DNA of 64,000 nucleotides, from positions 4,592 to 68,591 of the forward strand of contig JBNIDR010000007.1 of assembly GCA_050108155.1 (NCBI GenBank). Reading direction: 5' to 3'. Every line of letters begins with the position of its first letter. Positions within the stretch are counted from its first letter, which is position 1. Shown here piece after piece: positions 29,197-39,827 of the stretch. Source of the DNA: Candidatus Bathyarchaeia archaeon (GTDB lineage Archaea > Thermoproteota > Bathyarchaeia > Bathyarchaeales > Bathycorpusculaceae). The notes under the pieces were generated by a model that was given only the letters and a program-made list of their open reading frames with translations, ran no database searches and was not told the origin of the DNA. A program made the translations under genes and the position numbers.

Positions 29197-29742
29197 TTGA
29201 TGCCGACTATAAAGGAATTAATTGTTTACCTTCAGCGTAATTACAAGCCAAAAGACGTTGTATGTTACCAGTTGTGGACTATTGAAGACATCAAAGATGT
29301 GGCAAAGGAAAATGGTTGGTCAATTAGTAAAGGCATCGCGGAAGCTACTTTGGAAGTTATGGACAAGAAATGGGATGCAAGTATAGGGTTAAACTGGGAT
29401 GTAATTGAGGTTTATGTACGCGAAGCGATAGATTCTTTCCGTCAAGCCCTAGAAAAGCAATTGCCTCAAGTTCTTAGCTTGGAACAATTTGATCAACTGG
29501 TAACCAAATCTAAAGCATTCAATGACACAGATTATAGAGGCTCTTCCAACATTGTACAATCGAAAATCGCGCGGTATGCTGAGAGGCACATAGGCGTAGT
29601 TTACACTCAGATAGATGGCAAACCTGAAGATTCTGAGCATGACGTCTTCTACGAGAAAGGCTTTGCCATAGTTAACCGGACCGGACACTATGAGGTAGTA
29701 TTACAAGTAGCCGAAAAAGCAGGTGAGGTCAATGAAAATTGA
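29197..29742 (+). CDS. Hypothetical protein
   Basis: ORF with GGAGGTG SD, overlapping the next gene. Confidence 0.6.
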   Translation: MMPTIKELIVYLQRNYKPKDVVCYQLWTIEDIKDVAKENGWSISKGIAEATLEVMDKKWDASIGLNWDVIEVYVREAIDSFRQALEKQLPQVLSLEQFDQLVTKSKAFNDTDYRGSSNIVQSKIARYAERHIGVVYTQIDGKPEDSEHDVFYEKGFAIVNRTGHYEVVLQVAEKAGEVNEN

Positions 29743-30355
29743 TGTCCCGGACCCATTTTTTGAAATGCTCAACAGCATAGGCCGCGAAATGAAGCCAAGT
29801 AGAACCCTTGAACTGTTGAGGTGGGCTTCAGAAAACCAAGCGGAGTCATCTGAATTAGCCGATGAATACATGAAGCTAAAAGTTAGCAGTAAAAAAGAGT
29901 TTCAATGGTCTATCTCTATTGGCAATGAACCCAAACAGGCTCTTGTCTATACGAAACAATGGACTAAAAGGCGGCATGAACAGGCATGTCTGCTTAAGAA
30001 GGTTATAGCTGACTCGAAAAAGGCTGGATACCAATTTAAGATGCCTAACGGCGTTAAGTGCAAAATTCAATATAGAGATGGAGAATACCGTTTTAGATTT
30101 AGCGTCGCAGAAGAAGAAGTCATTCTATTCTATTCCCGCTTAAGTTATTCAACGATTGAGGAAGCCAAAGAATATGGACATGTAAGCAATCGAAGGTTAT
30201 ACACCATTGTATACAATGACAAAACCTATGACATTGACGGCGAAATTGCAAAAGCACTTTTGCAGGCAATAGTGCAGAACATCAGTCCAAAAGTGGCGGT
30301 CGTTGTGTCATCGGATGCAGGAAACTTCAACGGAGGAAACGATGTTGGACGATAA
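29732..30355 (+). CDS. Hypothetical protein
   Basis: Coupled ORF; start after GAGGT. Confidence 0.6.
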   Translation: MKIDVPDPFFEMLNSIGREMKPSRTLELLRWASENQAESSELADEYMKLKVSSKKEFQWSISIGNEPKQALVYTKQWTKRRHEQACLLKKVIADSKKAGYQFKMPNGVKCKIQYRDGEYRFRFSVAEEEVILFYSRLSYSTIEEAKEYGHVSNRRLYTIVYNDKTYDIDGEIAKALLQAIVQNISPKVAVVVSSDAGNFNGGNDVGR

Positions 30356-30908
30356 GTTGTTTTGCATGTTCAAGTTTAGGCCCAGTAGCCACAGCGAAGA
30401 TTACACCATTATAGCGAGTTATCAAACAGACGAGGATGCAGCTAAAGCACAGAAGGCAGTCGATGAACTCTTGAAAGACATGGAGAAGCAACCTGAAAAT
30501 TATGACACTGATTGGTCACCTGATGAAGCGCAGGTTTCAACTTGCGGCAACCAAGTTTCTTTTGCAGTTTACAGCGCCGGCAGCCTTGACGATGTAGAAT
30601 CAGCTCTTCAAAAAGAAGCGGAACCTGAATCATTGAACTGCTATACAAACTACCAAGAGCTAACAATCATGGTCAAGGTCCCTAAGGGATTGACGCCTCA
30701 ATCTGCCATACTTGTATTGGACACTGCGGAAGCTGAAGCCATAAAATGGTTAACAGAACATATCGGTAACCCAAAGATAACTGAAGAAGAAAATGAGCAA
30801 ACATATGAATGGTTCTACGCTGGAGACGAAATCTACTATGACACCTACTTGTACGCAGGTTTCGAATTCCATGTCAACGAAAAAGAAAACTGGGTAGTAG
30901 AAGAGTGA
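30342..30908 (+). CDS. Acidic hypothetical protein
   Basis: Start after GGAGG; 4-nt overlap with the radical SAM gene. Confidence 0.6.
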   Translation: MLDDKLFCMFKFRPSSHSEDYTIIASYQTDEDAAKAQKAVDELLKDMEKQPENYDTDWSPDEAQVSTCGNQVSFAVYSAGSLDDVESALQKEAEPESLNCYTNYQELTIMVKVPKGLTPQSAILVLDTAEAEAIKWLTEHIGNPKITEEENEQTYEWFYAGDEIYYDTYLYAGFEFHVNEKENWVVEE

Positions 30909-31813
30909 GGAGAGCTATACTCTTGAGAGCTATTTCTACGCCTAAAGGAACATTCATCTACGACCGCAACACTGGCAACTGCTTTTTCACCAACACAAAA
31001 AAAGCGGACAAATGGCTTAAACCGTTATATGCACAGATTGCGTTAACACAAAAATGTAACCTAAGTTGCTGGCACTGCTATGCCGACTCTTCGCCAAATA
31101 ACGGTTGTGAGTGGCCAATTGGTCGACTAAAGTGGCTGATCCAGTTCTTGGATGCATGGGGCATTTTTGGGGTTGCATACGGTGGCGGCGAACCCTTTAT
31201 GTACCCTCACCTATGCGAAATCGCACAGTATACTTGGAAGCAAACAGGACTTGATGTTTCAATTACAACGAATGGTCATGCGGCTAAAGAAGAACAGATT
31301 AAGCAGCTTGAAGGCTATGTAGGCGAAGTCAGGATAAGCATACGCCGCTTAAACGACTGCAAGCAACTTAGTAAATTTCTTCATAAAAAATTCGAAGTTG
31401 GAGTAAACCTGCTCCTATACAAAGGAAGCTCGCCAGTTCTCGAAGACATAGTAGAGAGATGCACTAGTTTGGGAATCAAGGACTTCTTAGTGAACTCTTT
31501 TGTTGCTACAGGACGAGGCACAATCTATGCAGATAGAACACCAATCAAAGAAGACTTTGTTGAGTTCTCAGATATCATTAACAAACACATGGATGAAAAG
31601 GGGTTAACAGTTAAGGTTAGTGCACGATTGGCAGTGAACCTTCAACCACATCTTAAGCGTAGTTTTCAGCCCTTCCAAGATGAAGAAAAAGGACGAATAC
31701 TGTCTATAACTGCAGACGGCAAACTTAAACCTTCAAGCATGGCTAAAGAATCCTACCCGTTCAAAGACGAGTCTCAGATAATAGCTATTTATCGCAAAAA
31801 AATTGTGTTATAA
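30905..31813 (+). CDS. Radical SAM protein
   Basis: CNLSCWHC, GGGEPF, ITTNG. Confidence 0.88.
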   Translation: MRRAILLRAISTPKGTFIYDRNTGNCFFTNTKKADKWLKPLYAQIALTQKCNLSCWHCYADSSPNNGCEWPIGRLKWLIQFLDAWGIFGVAYGGGEPFMYPHLCEIAQYTWKQTGLDVSITTNGHAAKEEQIKQLEGYVGEVRISIRRLNDCKQLSKFLHKKFEVGVNLLLYKGSSPVLEDIVERCTSLGIKDFLVNSFVATGRGTIYADRTPIKEDFVEFSDIINKHMDEKGLTVKVSARLAVNLQPHLKRSFQPFQDEEKGRILSITADGKLKPSSMAKESYPFKDESQIIAIYRKKIVL

Positions 31814-31835
31814 TTTTTTTGCGAGGTGAACTTAT

Positions 31836-32654
31836 ATGGAAAAAGAAGAAACTGATTGTGCCACCCAACAAACTATTAACCAGTGCTCCGACGATTCACT
31901 TGTAATTAATGTTGAATTCACTCCAATAGCTTTTGTAAACTATGCCCATCTTGTCCTTTCAATTCTTATAACCAAAAGAGCTGATGAATCAACCAGATTA
32001 TTCCTAAAAAGTCCTCCGAACGATTCAATCGCATGGTTGCTAAACACGTATGCGACAGGCGTCTCAGTGCAGCCCTATGGGTTCACAGCGTATGCTTCAA
32101 AGAATGTTGGTTTAGCTCTCGCTTACTTCATTGCCCAGCCAAACAAAAGACTCACCCAAGAAGAGCTTGCGGAAATAGTATCCAAAGGCACAACCCGACG
32201 ACACAGCTTTCTAAGCGAGTTGGGGATTGACATTGATCCAAGCGCCTTTGAGATACTATCAACCGCTAAAATCAACAATCAAAGCCTAAACGTCGAAAAA
32301 TTTCCAATAGTCATTGTAGACGTTAAGAGCTTAAACATAACTGTTGCTCTGGACGCAAATAACATCGACAGACCTTTCCTAAAAGATCTGCTGCAGAACG
32401 AAATCGAAAATGAAACCAGTGCTTTGTTAAAAGGTATTTCATTGCTTGAGCAGCCGTCGCAGATTCGGTATATGCAGCTTCTTTCAGAAGACAACCTACA
32501 ACTGCCTAAAATCGCTAAAACGCTCTATAAAACCGCCAACTCAACCAGCAAAAAGGCCAAATGGGTAAAAATAGCGGATTGGCTACGAAAAAACAGCTAT
32601 ACGAAAGAAGCATCCACACTCATAGCAAGCAAAACGCTCTTAGGACTTACCTGA
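31836..32654 (+). CDS. Hypothetical protein
   Basis: 272 aa ORF with GAGGTG SD. Confidence 0.6.
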   Translation: MEKEETDCATQQTINQCSDDSLVINVEFTPIAFVNYAHLVLSILITKRADESTRLFLKSPPNDSIAWLLNTYATGVSVQPYGFTAYASKNVGLALAYFIAQPNKRLTQEELAEIVSKGTTRRHSFLSELGIDIDPSAFEILSTAKINNQSLNVEKFPIVIVDVKSLNITVALDANNIDRPFLKDLLQNEIENETSALLKGISLLEQPSQIRYMQLLSEDNLQLPKIAKTLYKTANSTSKKAKWVKIADWLRKNSYTKEASTLIASKTLLGLT

Positions 32655-32726
32655 TAGCGGCAAAAACAATCAACTACTTTTGTGTAAACGGAGGCTGATG
32701 GCTCCACAATGTTGGGAGGTGAAGTA

Positions 32727-33077
32727 ATGTTTGCTGTTTTAGATGATATGGGCAAGGGTGTTGGTCTGCATGTCTGGCTAAGAGAGAATACAGAAAAAGT
32801 CAAATCAGTATCTGAGCCACCAGACTTCCATATATCAAACGTAAACCAAAAAAAGGCTCTGCTAAATTTTCTCGCGCCTCTTCCAGCAAATGTATTCCCA
32901 GTTATGCAGGAAAGAAGCGTATGGCTGTATGTATGCGTTAGGTTGTCGGAAAAAGAAGCAGAAGTAGTGCGAGCCCTTGTCCGGTCAAAGCTCACCTGGA
33001 AAGACGTAGCTGTTTTGGAAGATAAATCGCCTGATGAAATTTTGAACTATTTAGCTGTTAAAAAACTTGTCAGCTGA
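32727..33077 (+). CDS. Hypothetical protein
   Basis: Start after GGAGGTG. Confidence 0.55.
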   Translation: MFAVLDDMGKGVGLHVWLRENTEKVKSVSEPPDFHISNVNQKKALLNFLAPLPANVFPVMQERSVWLYVCVRLSEKEAEVVRALVRSKLTWKDVAVLEDKSPDEILNYLAVKKLVS

Positions 33078-33250
33078 GTTGGTGTCTGCTACCCCTGTTT
33101 TGGTGCTTTTAGATCGTTAGTGGATACTCTGCCCTTCTTGTACGCATATGCGTGGGTAAACTCAGCTAAAAACCTGGGCTTCAAGAAGCGAGGCGAGGAA
33201 GCTACTCGGCCCGGGAGAACTCGCCAAAATAAAAATGGAGATGAAATTGT

Positions 33251-34390
33251 ATGAGTAGAGGAAAAGTGTTAATCAGCGGTTTTTTGATAGATCTTGATTG
33301 TCCCTCAGAAGAACGGCTTGCTGCCCATGTTGATTTATCGGGGTTAGCGGGCTATCGTCATATGGATTGGGTGGGTTCACTTCAAGATCTTTTGAGAAAT
33401 GTCGATGCTGATTATCGAAAAGAAAAATTAGGCAAAGAAGAAAAAACCGGAGACCAAATGCTACATCGAGGTCGAAGCGTCAGAGTTCGCTATGTCAAGG
33501 ATGGACAGGGCCAGCAGCGCAAAGTGGCAAGTTTTCAACCCTATCCCAGCATGATAGTCAACCATTTCAAAGAGCTTAGACGAAAAGTCTACGATGCCCT
33601 CAACGAAAACTGCCTGATCCTTCAAGAAGAAAGAATTGGCAGGATGAAGCGAAAACTTTACTTTTTGCCAGCCAATCTCGCATCCGAAATAATGATTCGT
33701 GTCGAAGAACTCAACAACTTGCTCGATGCCCTTAAAATTGACGTAAAAGAGTTTGAAGAAAGCCAAAGATTCGATGCAATCAAGGTTCACATCAAAGAAA
33801 CGGGCTTTCAACTAAATAGCCAGAACGCCGACATGTCAGCGATAAAGATTTCGCCAGTCCCCTTAAGTCTCAGCCGAGATTTCTTTCAGCAGTATCTGGA
33901 AGAGGAGAAAAGGAAAGCGGTCACTGAAGTCGATGAGAAAAAAGCTCAGACGTTAACAGAGCTTGAAGAAAGAAGAAAACGTGGCTTATCTGCCTTGGAG
34001 AAAGAGGTTCAACGAAAACGTCAAGAGATGCTCGATTCCTTAAAACATGACTTGCAAGAAAAATTCGCATCAACCATAACGTTAGCTGAAGAAGCGGTTA
34101 AATCAATTCTAAGCGGAGAGAGATCGGCGAGCAAAACTGCAGCAAAACGCTATGACAAATTCATCGAACTGGTAGAGAGCGTTGGTGTAGAATATGATGC
34201 TAAGCCGTTCAAAGCCTTAAGTGAAGTATTCTGCGCTGCAGGAGCCAAAGACAATACCGCTTTAACATGTGCGGTAAGCGAGCTAGCCACAAGCCTGGGC
34301 ATAGCGGCAACTGGGGATCCTGCAAGGGACATTGAGCTTGCAGCCAAAGCAGCACGCGGCGAATCGCTAATGCTGTTTACTATCGAGTAG
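33251..34390 (+). CDS. Coiled-coil hypothetical protein
   Basis: 379 aa; E/K/R-rich heptad region. Confidence 0.65.
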   Translation: MSRGKVLISGFLIDLDCPSEERLAAHVDLSGLAGYRHMDWVGSLQDLLRNVDADYRKEKLGKEEKTGDQMLHRGRSVRVRYVKDGQGQQRKVASFQPYPSMIVNHFKELRRKVYDALNENCLILQEERIGRMKRKLYFLPANLASEIMIRVEELNNLLDALKIDVKEFEESQRFDAIKVHIKETGFQLNSQNADMSAIKISPVPLSLSRDFFQQYLEEEKRKAVTEVDEKKAQTLTELEERRKRGLSALEKEVQRKRQEMLDSLKHDLQEKFASTITLAEEAVKSILSGERSASKTAAKRYDKFIELVESVGVEYDAKPFKALSEVFCAAGAKDNTALTCAVSELATSLGIAATGDPARDIELAAKAARGESLMLFTIE

Positions 34391-34699
34391 GTGAAGCATA
34401 TGTTGTCTTTTGAAATGCGGCAAGCTATCGGCAGACTGGAAACTGAAGAGGAATGCAGAGAGGCTTTTGAGGCAATCCGAACCAAATGGAAAACAATCCG
34501 TAACCTATCAGCAGCCAAGACGCTAAGCAAACTCCAAGTAGGATCAGTCGTCGAAGTAAAGGTTAGGGGAAGATTGCGGGAAGTAACTGTTGAAGCAATC
34601 CATAGAACAACGATTGTAGGGACTATTGACGAAGTCAAGTACAGAATACCTGTTTCAGCCGTAATTCGTATTCTAAAAGCTGCAGGTGAAGCGCCATGA
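34391..34699 (+). CDS. Small SH3-like hypothetical protein
   Basis: LQVGSVVEVKVRGRLREVTVEAIHRTTIV. Confidence 0.5.
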   Translation: MKHMLSFEMRQAIGRLETEEECREAFEAIRTKWKTIRNLSAAKTLSKLQVGSVVEVKVRGRLREVTVEAIHRTTIVGTIDEVKYRIPVSAVIRILKAAGEAP

Positions 34700-34947
34700 A
34701 TTTGCAAGAATGGTACGATGACCATATGAAAACTGTGGTAGAGCAAGCAAAGAAAGCACAGCAAGGAAGCGCAGAAGAAACTATTCAAAGCAGAATTCAT
34801 CGACTAATGGAACTCAAGAAAATCTATGGCAAACTGCTAATCCTACGTGACCTGCAAGTCAAAGCTCAGCTTAAGCCTTACCCTGAAATGCCGGTTCTTA
34901 AGTGTCCCATTTGTGAAGGCGAATTAACAGAGGATGGCTGCTGCTGA
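34696..34947 (+). CDS. Small Zn-finger hypothetical protein
   Basis: CPICEG..GCC; ATGA overlap. Confidence 0.5.
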   Translation: MNLQEWYDDHMKTVVEQAKKAQQGSAEETIQSRIHRLMELKKIYGKLLILRDLQVKAQLKPYPEMPVLKCPICEGELTEDGCC

Positions 34948-35007
34948 TGGCAAACGTAAGATGCAAAGAATTTGACGCTCAAAATCTTGTACTGGGAGGC
35001 GGATTGT

Positions 35008-35361
35008 ATGAAAGCTAAAGTGAAAGCTACTGGTGAAATTGGTGAAGTACAAGACTTCGGAGAAAAATTTATACCAAGATACCGTGTCGGGGAACGCTTC
35101 TACTTCGACAATGAACTGGAATTTCTTGAGGACTCAACTTTAACTAGCTTGCTGAAAGAACATGTGAATACTCTGCGTAAAGAAGCTGTTAACGCCATCT
35201 CTAAATCTGAATTCTCAGCCAAACTCTTGAAGCTTTTAGACGCCAGCGCTGAAGCAAAAGAGATGACATCTGACGACCTTGATGTTTTATACGTTGACTA
35301 CTTTATGAGCGATCTAAGCTTTGATGAGTGGTTCCACCAGTTCTCTAAAGGCGAACTATAA
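35008..35361 (+). CDS. Hypothetical protein
   Basis: Start after GGAGG; coupled to the next gene. Confidence 0.55.
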   Translation: MKAKVKATGEIGEVQDFGEKFIPRYRVGERFYFDNELEFLEDSTLTSLLKEHVNTLRKEAVNAISKSEFSAKLLKLLDASAEAKEMTSDDLDVLYVDYFMSDLSFDEWFHQFSKGEL

Positions 35362-35642
35362 TGACTGACCTCTACGAATTTTTTGTATGTACTCACTGCG
35401 GTAAAACATTCGAAGAAGCCAATATTACAATATGCCATACTGATGAGGGAGTTGTCAGACTTGATGCCAGAGGCGAGCTTGACTTTGACAGCCAATATGG
35501 CGAGCTGACGGAACTTAAAGTAACCTGCCCACACTGCAATAACGATCTGTTCCCAAACGAGAAGCTAAACGGTCCATACGATCCCAAAATCGAGACTTGG
35601 CTCAGAGCTCATCTTGCTCCACAAAACGAGGCTTCGAAATGA
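35361..35642 (+). CDS. Zn-ribbon protein
   Basis: CTHCG..CPHCN. Confidence 0.6.
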   Translation: MTDLYEFFVCTHCGKTFEEANITICHTDEGVVRLDARGELDFDSQYGELTELKVTCPHCNNDLFPNEKLNGPYDPKIETWLRAHLAPQNEASK

Positions 35643-35851
35643 CTTCCTGCCCTGAATGCGCTTCCACCAATTTGCAATGCACTGGAGACGAAGAGGCAGA
35701 AACAGGCGACCAAGACTACGCATCATCCACAACTGAATACGAATGTAAAGACTGCGGCTGCCAATTTGAAGTGACCGAACGTACCGAGTGGACTACTGAA
35801 GTTACCGTTCATGGCAGAGAATATGTGCCTGAAGATTGGGAGGAAGACTGA
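35639..35851 (+). CDS. Zn-ribbon protein
   Basis: CPECAS..CKDCG. Confidence 0.6.
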   Translation: MTSCPECASTNLQCTGDEEAETGDQDYASSTTEYECKDCGCQFEVTERTEWTTEVTVHGREYVPEDWEED

Positions 35852-36048
35852 TGGCTAAACGTAAACCACGCTTTACTGTGGCTTGGAAAGAAAACTACCG
35901 AATTACCAGTATACCTGCTGACACACCAGAAGAAGCCATTGAAAAAGCCAAAAACCTAATCGTAACAAGAAGAAACCAAGGAGAATCAACCGATACCTAC
36001 GATTTTGTGGCTTCCGGAGAAGAAAACAACAGAGGTGAACAACTATGA
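35851..36048 (+). CDS. Small hypothetical protein
   Basis: Coupled on both sides by stop/start overlaps. Confidence 0.5.
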   Translation: MAKRKPRFTVAWKENYRITSIPADTPEEAIEKAKNLIVTRRNQGESTDTYDFVASGEENNRGEQL

Positions 36049-37580
36049 GTTTCGAGGATGTCTCTCAAGCGATGAATAAGCTTGTCGCAACAGTTACAGA
36101 TGTTTATCGGGGCTATTGGCAGTACGCAATGGTCGAAACAATCTTTTGCGGACTCCTAATAGGTGAGCCAGTGTTGCTCATCGGCTCTCATGGCGTAATG
36201 AAAACAAGCATGGCAAACTTTGTCGGAACCCTCTTCGATAAACCTGTAGCAACAATAAAAAACAAGGTCCACTCAAGGAATAGCTTGGAAAAATGGCTCG
36301 AAGATTTAGCTTCTCAACTCAAGATAGACCCAGAAAAGCTAACAAAGAACCTAATTGACGGCATCGACACTCAATACGAGCAGACAACAGACGACCTAAC
36401 TGTGACTATAGAAATCGATTTAGTAAAATATTCCCTTGCAGAAAAACTCGCAAAACCAGCTAGAAAGCCAATCAAAGTATTTACTATGCAAGTCAACGAC
36501 CAAATGGACCCCGAAGATCTACTAGGCTATGGCGTAGACCACCCGACCCTTTTAGGATTAAAGCCACCCCATGCGGTTAAATCAGGAAGAGTTGCAGGCG
36601 CCGACTACGTTGTTTTAGATGAAATCTTTGGGGCCACACGTCTGCTTTCCAAGTTGCATCATGTGCTAAATGAAAAAGTTATCGATACCACCGTTGGGTG
36701 CGTTGAGACTAAACCGTTGGGGATAATGCTGTGCACTAATCCGCTAAACGACTTCTATCAAACCAACCTAAAAATCATCAACGCCGCGACGACAGACAGA
36801 TACGCTCTGTCGGCTAGGGGTCTTCCCCCAAGCTCCCAGGAAATCCTGTTTATGTCTGAGCGATGGAAGCACATAAAACTGAAGAAAACCGCGCCCATAG
36901 AACTCATCTATGAAGCAAGAAAACTTGTAGAAGGAGTAAAAATCCCTGAAGAATACATGGTTTTCAGTCTCGGTTTAATAAGCCACCTAAGCAGATGCTA
37001 CTTCAGCGTTTCAACCGGAACAAGAGCAGAAGAAAGCAAGGACCCGTTCGAGGCTGAAAGAGACTGCTCACTCTGCATTTACGGCCAAAATTATCCCTGT
37101 GGATTAGCTAACGTCGGTAAGGTAAGGACCATAGTGAGGCTTCAGCAAACGATCAAGACACATGCGCTACTGAATATGAGAAAAGAAGCTGACGAATCGG
37201 ACCTTGCTTTTGCTCTACTCCATGTTCTTCCACATCGGCTCTCATGGAACAACAACGAATTCTTAGCTGAACAAGGCAGCATATTCACAGCCACCAAAAC
37301 GCTAGTAGAGAAATACGCAAATATTTTCACTTCTCAACAAGCGCAAATAGCCAAAGTTGAAGGACTCATAAAAAGACCAAACGCTAAAGATGCAGCCGAA
37401 CTTAAAACCGCCTTCAGGGATGCACCCATTGCAAGAGCAATACTAGATGAAGTGGTAGACATGATGAAAGAATCAGCAAAGAAGAAAGGAGACACTACAA
37501 CACTTGAAGCTCTAGAATCCAAACTAAACATTGAAAACGCCATAAAAACACTAAAAACCAAACACAACACGGCTTCCTAA
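36045..37580 (+). CDS. MoxR-family AAA+ ATPase
   Basis: GSHGVMKT, VVLDEIF, CTNP, ATTDRY. Confidence 0.8.
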   Translation: MSFEDVSQAMNKLVATVTDVYRGYWQYAMVETIFCGLLIGEPVLLIGSHGVMKTSMANFVGTLFDKPVATIKNKVHSRNSLEKWLEDLASQLKIDPEKLTKNLIDGIDTQYEQTTDDLTVTIEIDLVKYSLAEKLAKPARKPIKVFTMQVNDQMDPEDLLGYGVDHPTLLGLKPPHAVKSGRVAGADYVVLDEIFGATRLLSKLHHVLNEKVIDTTVGCVETKPLGIMLCTNPLNDFYQTNLKIINAATTDRYALSARGLPPSSQEILFMSERWKHIKLKKTAPIELIYEARKLVEGVKIPEEYMVFSLGLISHLSRCYFSVSTGTRAEESKDPFEAERDCSLCIYGQNYPCGLANVGKVRTIVRLQQTIKTHALLNMRKEADESDLAFALLHVLPHRLSWNNNEFLAEQGSIFTATKTLVEKYANIFTSQQAQIAKVEGLIKRPNAKDAAELKTAFRDAPIARAILDEVVDMMKESAKKKGDTTTLEALESKLNIENAIKTLKTKHNTAS

Positions 37581-37643
37581 CAGACTACGCCCATTACAGT
37601 TAGGACTCGACATTTGAAAATTCATTTCTTAGAGGTGAACTAA

Positions 37644-39179
37644 ATGAATAGAGCACTCTATGGAGCATTTAACACCGTTCAGAGCTCTTTTACGCCTGTA
37701 CCACCACCCTTAAAGCTCCAAGTCGACAAGAAAGCCCCAACATTCTCAGTGAATCTATCTCAGATGCTTGTAACCGCTCCAAAATACTGGAACGAACTCA
37801 AATTCTTCAAGGAACTTCTTGGGCATGAAACAAAGCATGCAAGTTCAGACGGTCTTCCCTACACCTATATTAACGCTCTGCGGCATGAAGCAAAAGTCAT
37901 GAGCGAGTTGAATATCAACCTTGGAATGGCTGGTGGCCTTTTGAACATAGTTTACGATGCAGTAGTGGATTTGAGAGTTTCAAAAGAAGGATTAAACGCA
38001 AAAAGCATGTGCATTGAGTGGCTCGACCGATTTCCAATAGACGCCAAAGCTGAAGGATCAAGCTATCATCTGCTCCAGATTATTTACAAAGACTTCTTCG
38101 AAACCCAGCTTAAGGTAACTCAATATGAGCGAGAGCTGAGGCAAAGTTTGGATTATGAAAAACTCAAAAAAATACTAAAAATGTTAGCGCTAAGCACAGC
38201 AAATAATGATCAACAGACCAATGAACTCGTAGTTATAGCAGCCGGATTAGTGGCGCAGCTTTCAAGACCTGAACCGCCCCAAAAGGGAAGGCAGTCAGGG
38301 GATGTTGACTTTGACAGAGGCGACGCGCAGGTTAGATCAGATGCGGCTGAGATCGGTACAAACGCAGGTCTAAACAATCAGCAACTTGCTGAGCTCATGG
38401 GTGTAACAGAAGATGAGCTTGATGAGGCATTGAAAAGGGCATCTGAAGACAAAGTTAGAGCGGCATTGTGGACAACACTGTTGGGTTTCAAAGGTCTTTT
38501 CTCGAGCAAATCCGCACTAGACATACAAGAACCAGCTTGCAAGAGATGGAAACCGTATTCAAAGCGACTGGATCCTTCAAGCACTATCAAATCACCAGAC
38601 GACCCCCGAAAATGGCGTGAGCAAAACCTTGCGACGACATTGACAATCGAATCGGAAGGAGAATCAGGGGGCTTCACAAAGCTCATAATACTGATCGACT
38701 GCTCAGGAAGCACCATAAAACCTTATGGTAGCAAAACGGTTTTGGGCTATATCAAAGATGCCGCCTATAGCCTCATAGCTTACGCCAAAAAGCTCAACCT
38801 TCCAGTGGCTTCAATCGGGTTTAGCAGTAACGCTTGGATCATAGCCAACGAATCAAAAGACTACCTCAAACACGCTCGACAGGTTTTCATGCTAAAACCA
38901 CTTGGAACAACAAAACTTGGAAACGCAGTACAACTAACAGCACGGCTTAGACCTGACAGAGCCCTTATCGCCCTGCTAACGGATGGATATGTAGCCCCTG
39001 AAGATCTTTTGCAGCTTTCTGAACAAACACAGGCAAACAAGGTCATAGCAGCCATTGTCAGCGTAGAAGCAGAGGGTGTAGAAAACATGAAAGCAGTCTC
39101 AAAAAGAGCTGACCTATTTGAAGTCAGGCCGGATAAAACCGGCAAAACAATAATCTCAATGCTGCCAAAGTCCACTTAA
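37644..39179 (+). CDS. vWA (MIDAS) domain protein
   Basis: ILIDCSGS..GTT..LLTDG. Confidence 0.8.
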   Translation: MNRALYGAFNTVQSSFTPVPPPLKLQVDKKAPTFSVNLSQMLVTAPKYWNELKFFKELLGHETKHASSDGLPYTYINALRHEAKVMSELNINLGMAGGLLNIVYDAVVDLRVSKEGLNAKSMCIEWLDRFPIDAKAEGSSYHLLQIIYKDFFETQLKVTQYERELRQSLDYEKLKKILKMLALSTANNDQQTNELVVIAAGLVAQLSRPEPPQKGRQSGDVDFDRGDAQVRSDAAEIGTNAGLNNQQLAELMGVTEDELDEALKRASEDKVRAALWTTLLGFKGLFSSKSALDIQEPACKRWKPYSKRLDPSSTIKSPDDPRKWREQNLATTLTIESEGESGGFTKLIILIDCSGSTIKPYGSKTVLGYIKDAAYSLIAYAKKLNLPVASIGFSSNAWIIANESKDYLKHARQVFMLKPLGTTKLGNAVQLTARLRPDRALIALLTDGYVAPEDLLQLSEQTQANKVIAAIVSVEAEGVENMKAVSKRADLFEVRPDKTGKTIISMLPKST

Positions 39180-39256
39180 AAACAAAGCAAGTTGCTTTCC
39201 TTAAGCCCTGACCATTGTGTTTAGGGCTCCTTCAAACGTGCGAGAGGTGAATTTCT

Positions 39257-39628
39257 ATGGCTAAAGTATCATTTAGATTTAATGATCGATTTGTTGCGTA
39301 TTTAAAGAGCATTGCTGGGCGATGGGACCCACAAGCTAAGGTTTGGGTTGTGCCGGAAACGAAGATATTAGAGGTTGAAGCCAAAGCCAAAGAGCTTGAA
39401 GTTCAAAAACTCAAAATCGAACCTGGTCAGAGAGCAACCAGTTCTTCTTCAAAGCCTGTTGAAGGCGTTATAAAGATGAGAAAAAGCAGAGACGGTCGAT
39501 TTGTCCTAATCTCGGTCGATCTAATAGCATTCACTGATGACGTAAAAGAAATGCTCTACGGCGAAAGAGAAACCGTACGCTTTAAAGTTTTGCAACCTAA
39601 ACCTTTGCTGCAACCGCAACCGTCTTAG
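39257..39628 (+). CDS. Hypothetical protein
   Basis: LKSIAGRWDPQAKVWVVP (HARP-like pattern). Confidence 0.55.
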   Translation: MAKVSFRFNDRFVAYLKSIAGRWDPQAKVWVVPETKILEVEAKAKELEVQKLKIEPGQRATSSSSKPVEGVIKMRKSRDGRFVLISVDLIAFTDDVKEMLYGERETVRFKVLQPKPLLQPQPS

Positions 39629-39827
39629 GCATTTGCTTGGGAAAACTTTGCTTAGTTTCCTAATTTCCCCTTTTGTTTGGTTTGTAGTTAATTTAGCGTA
39701 GTTTTCAATTTGGAGGTGTTTTGATGAATTATTTAGAGGATAGAGTAGATGTTAGAAAACCCTTAGTTAGGGAAATCTTCGGAATTTGCCTGTTTAATTC
39801 TCAAACGAGCATTGGAGGTGAATTTGT

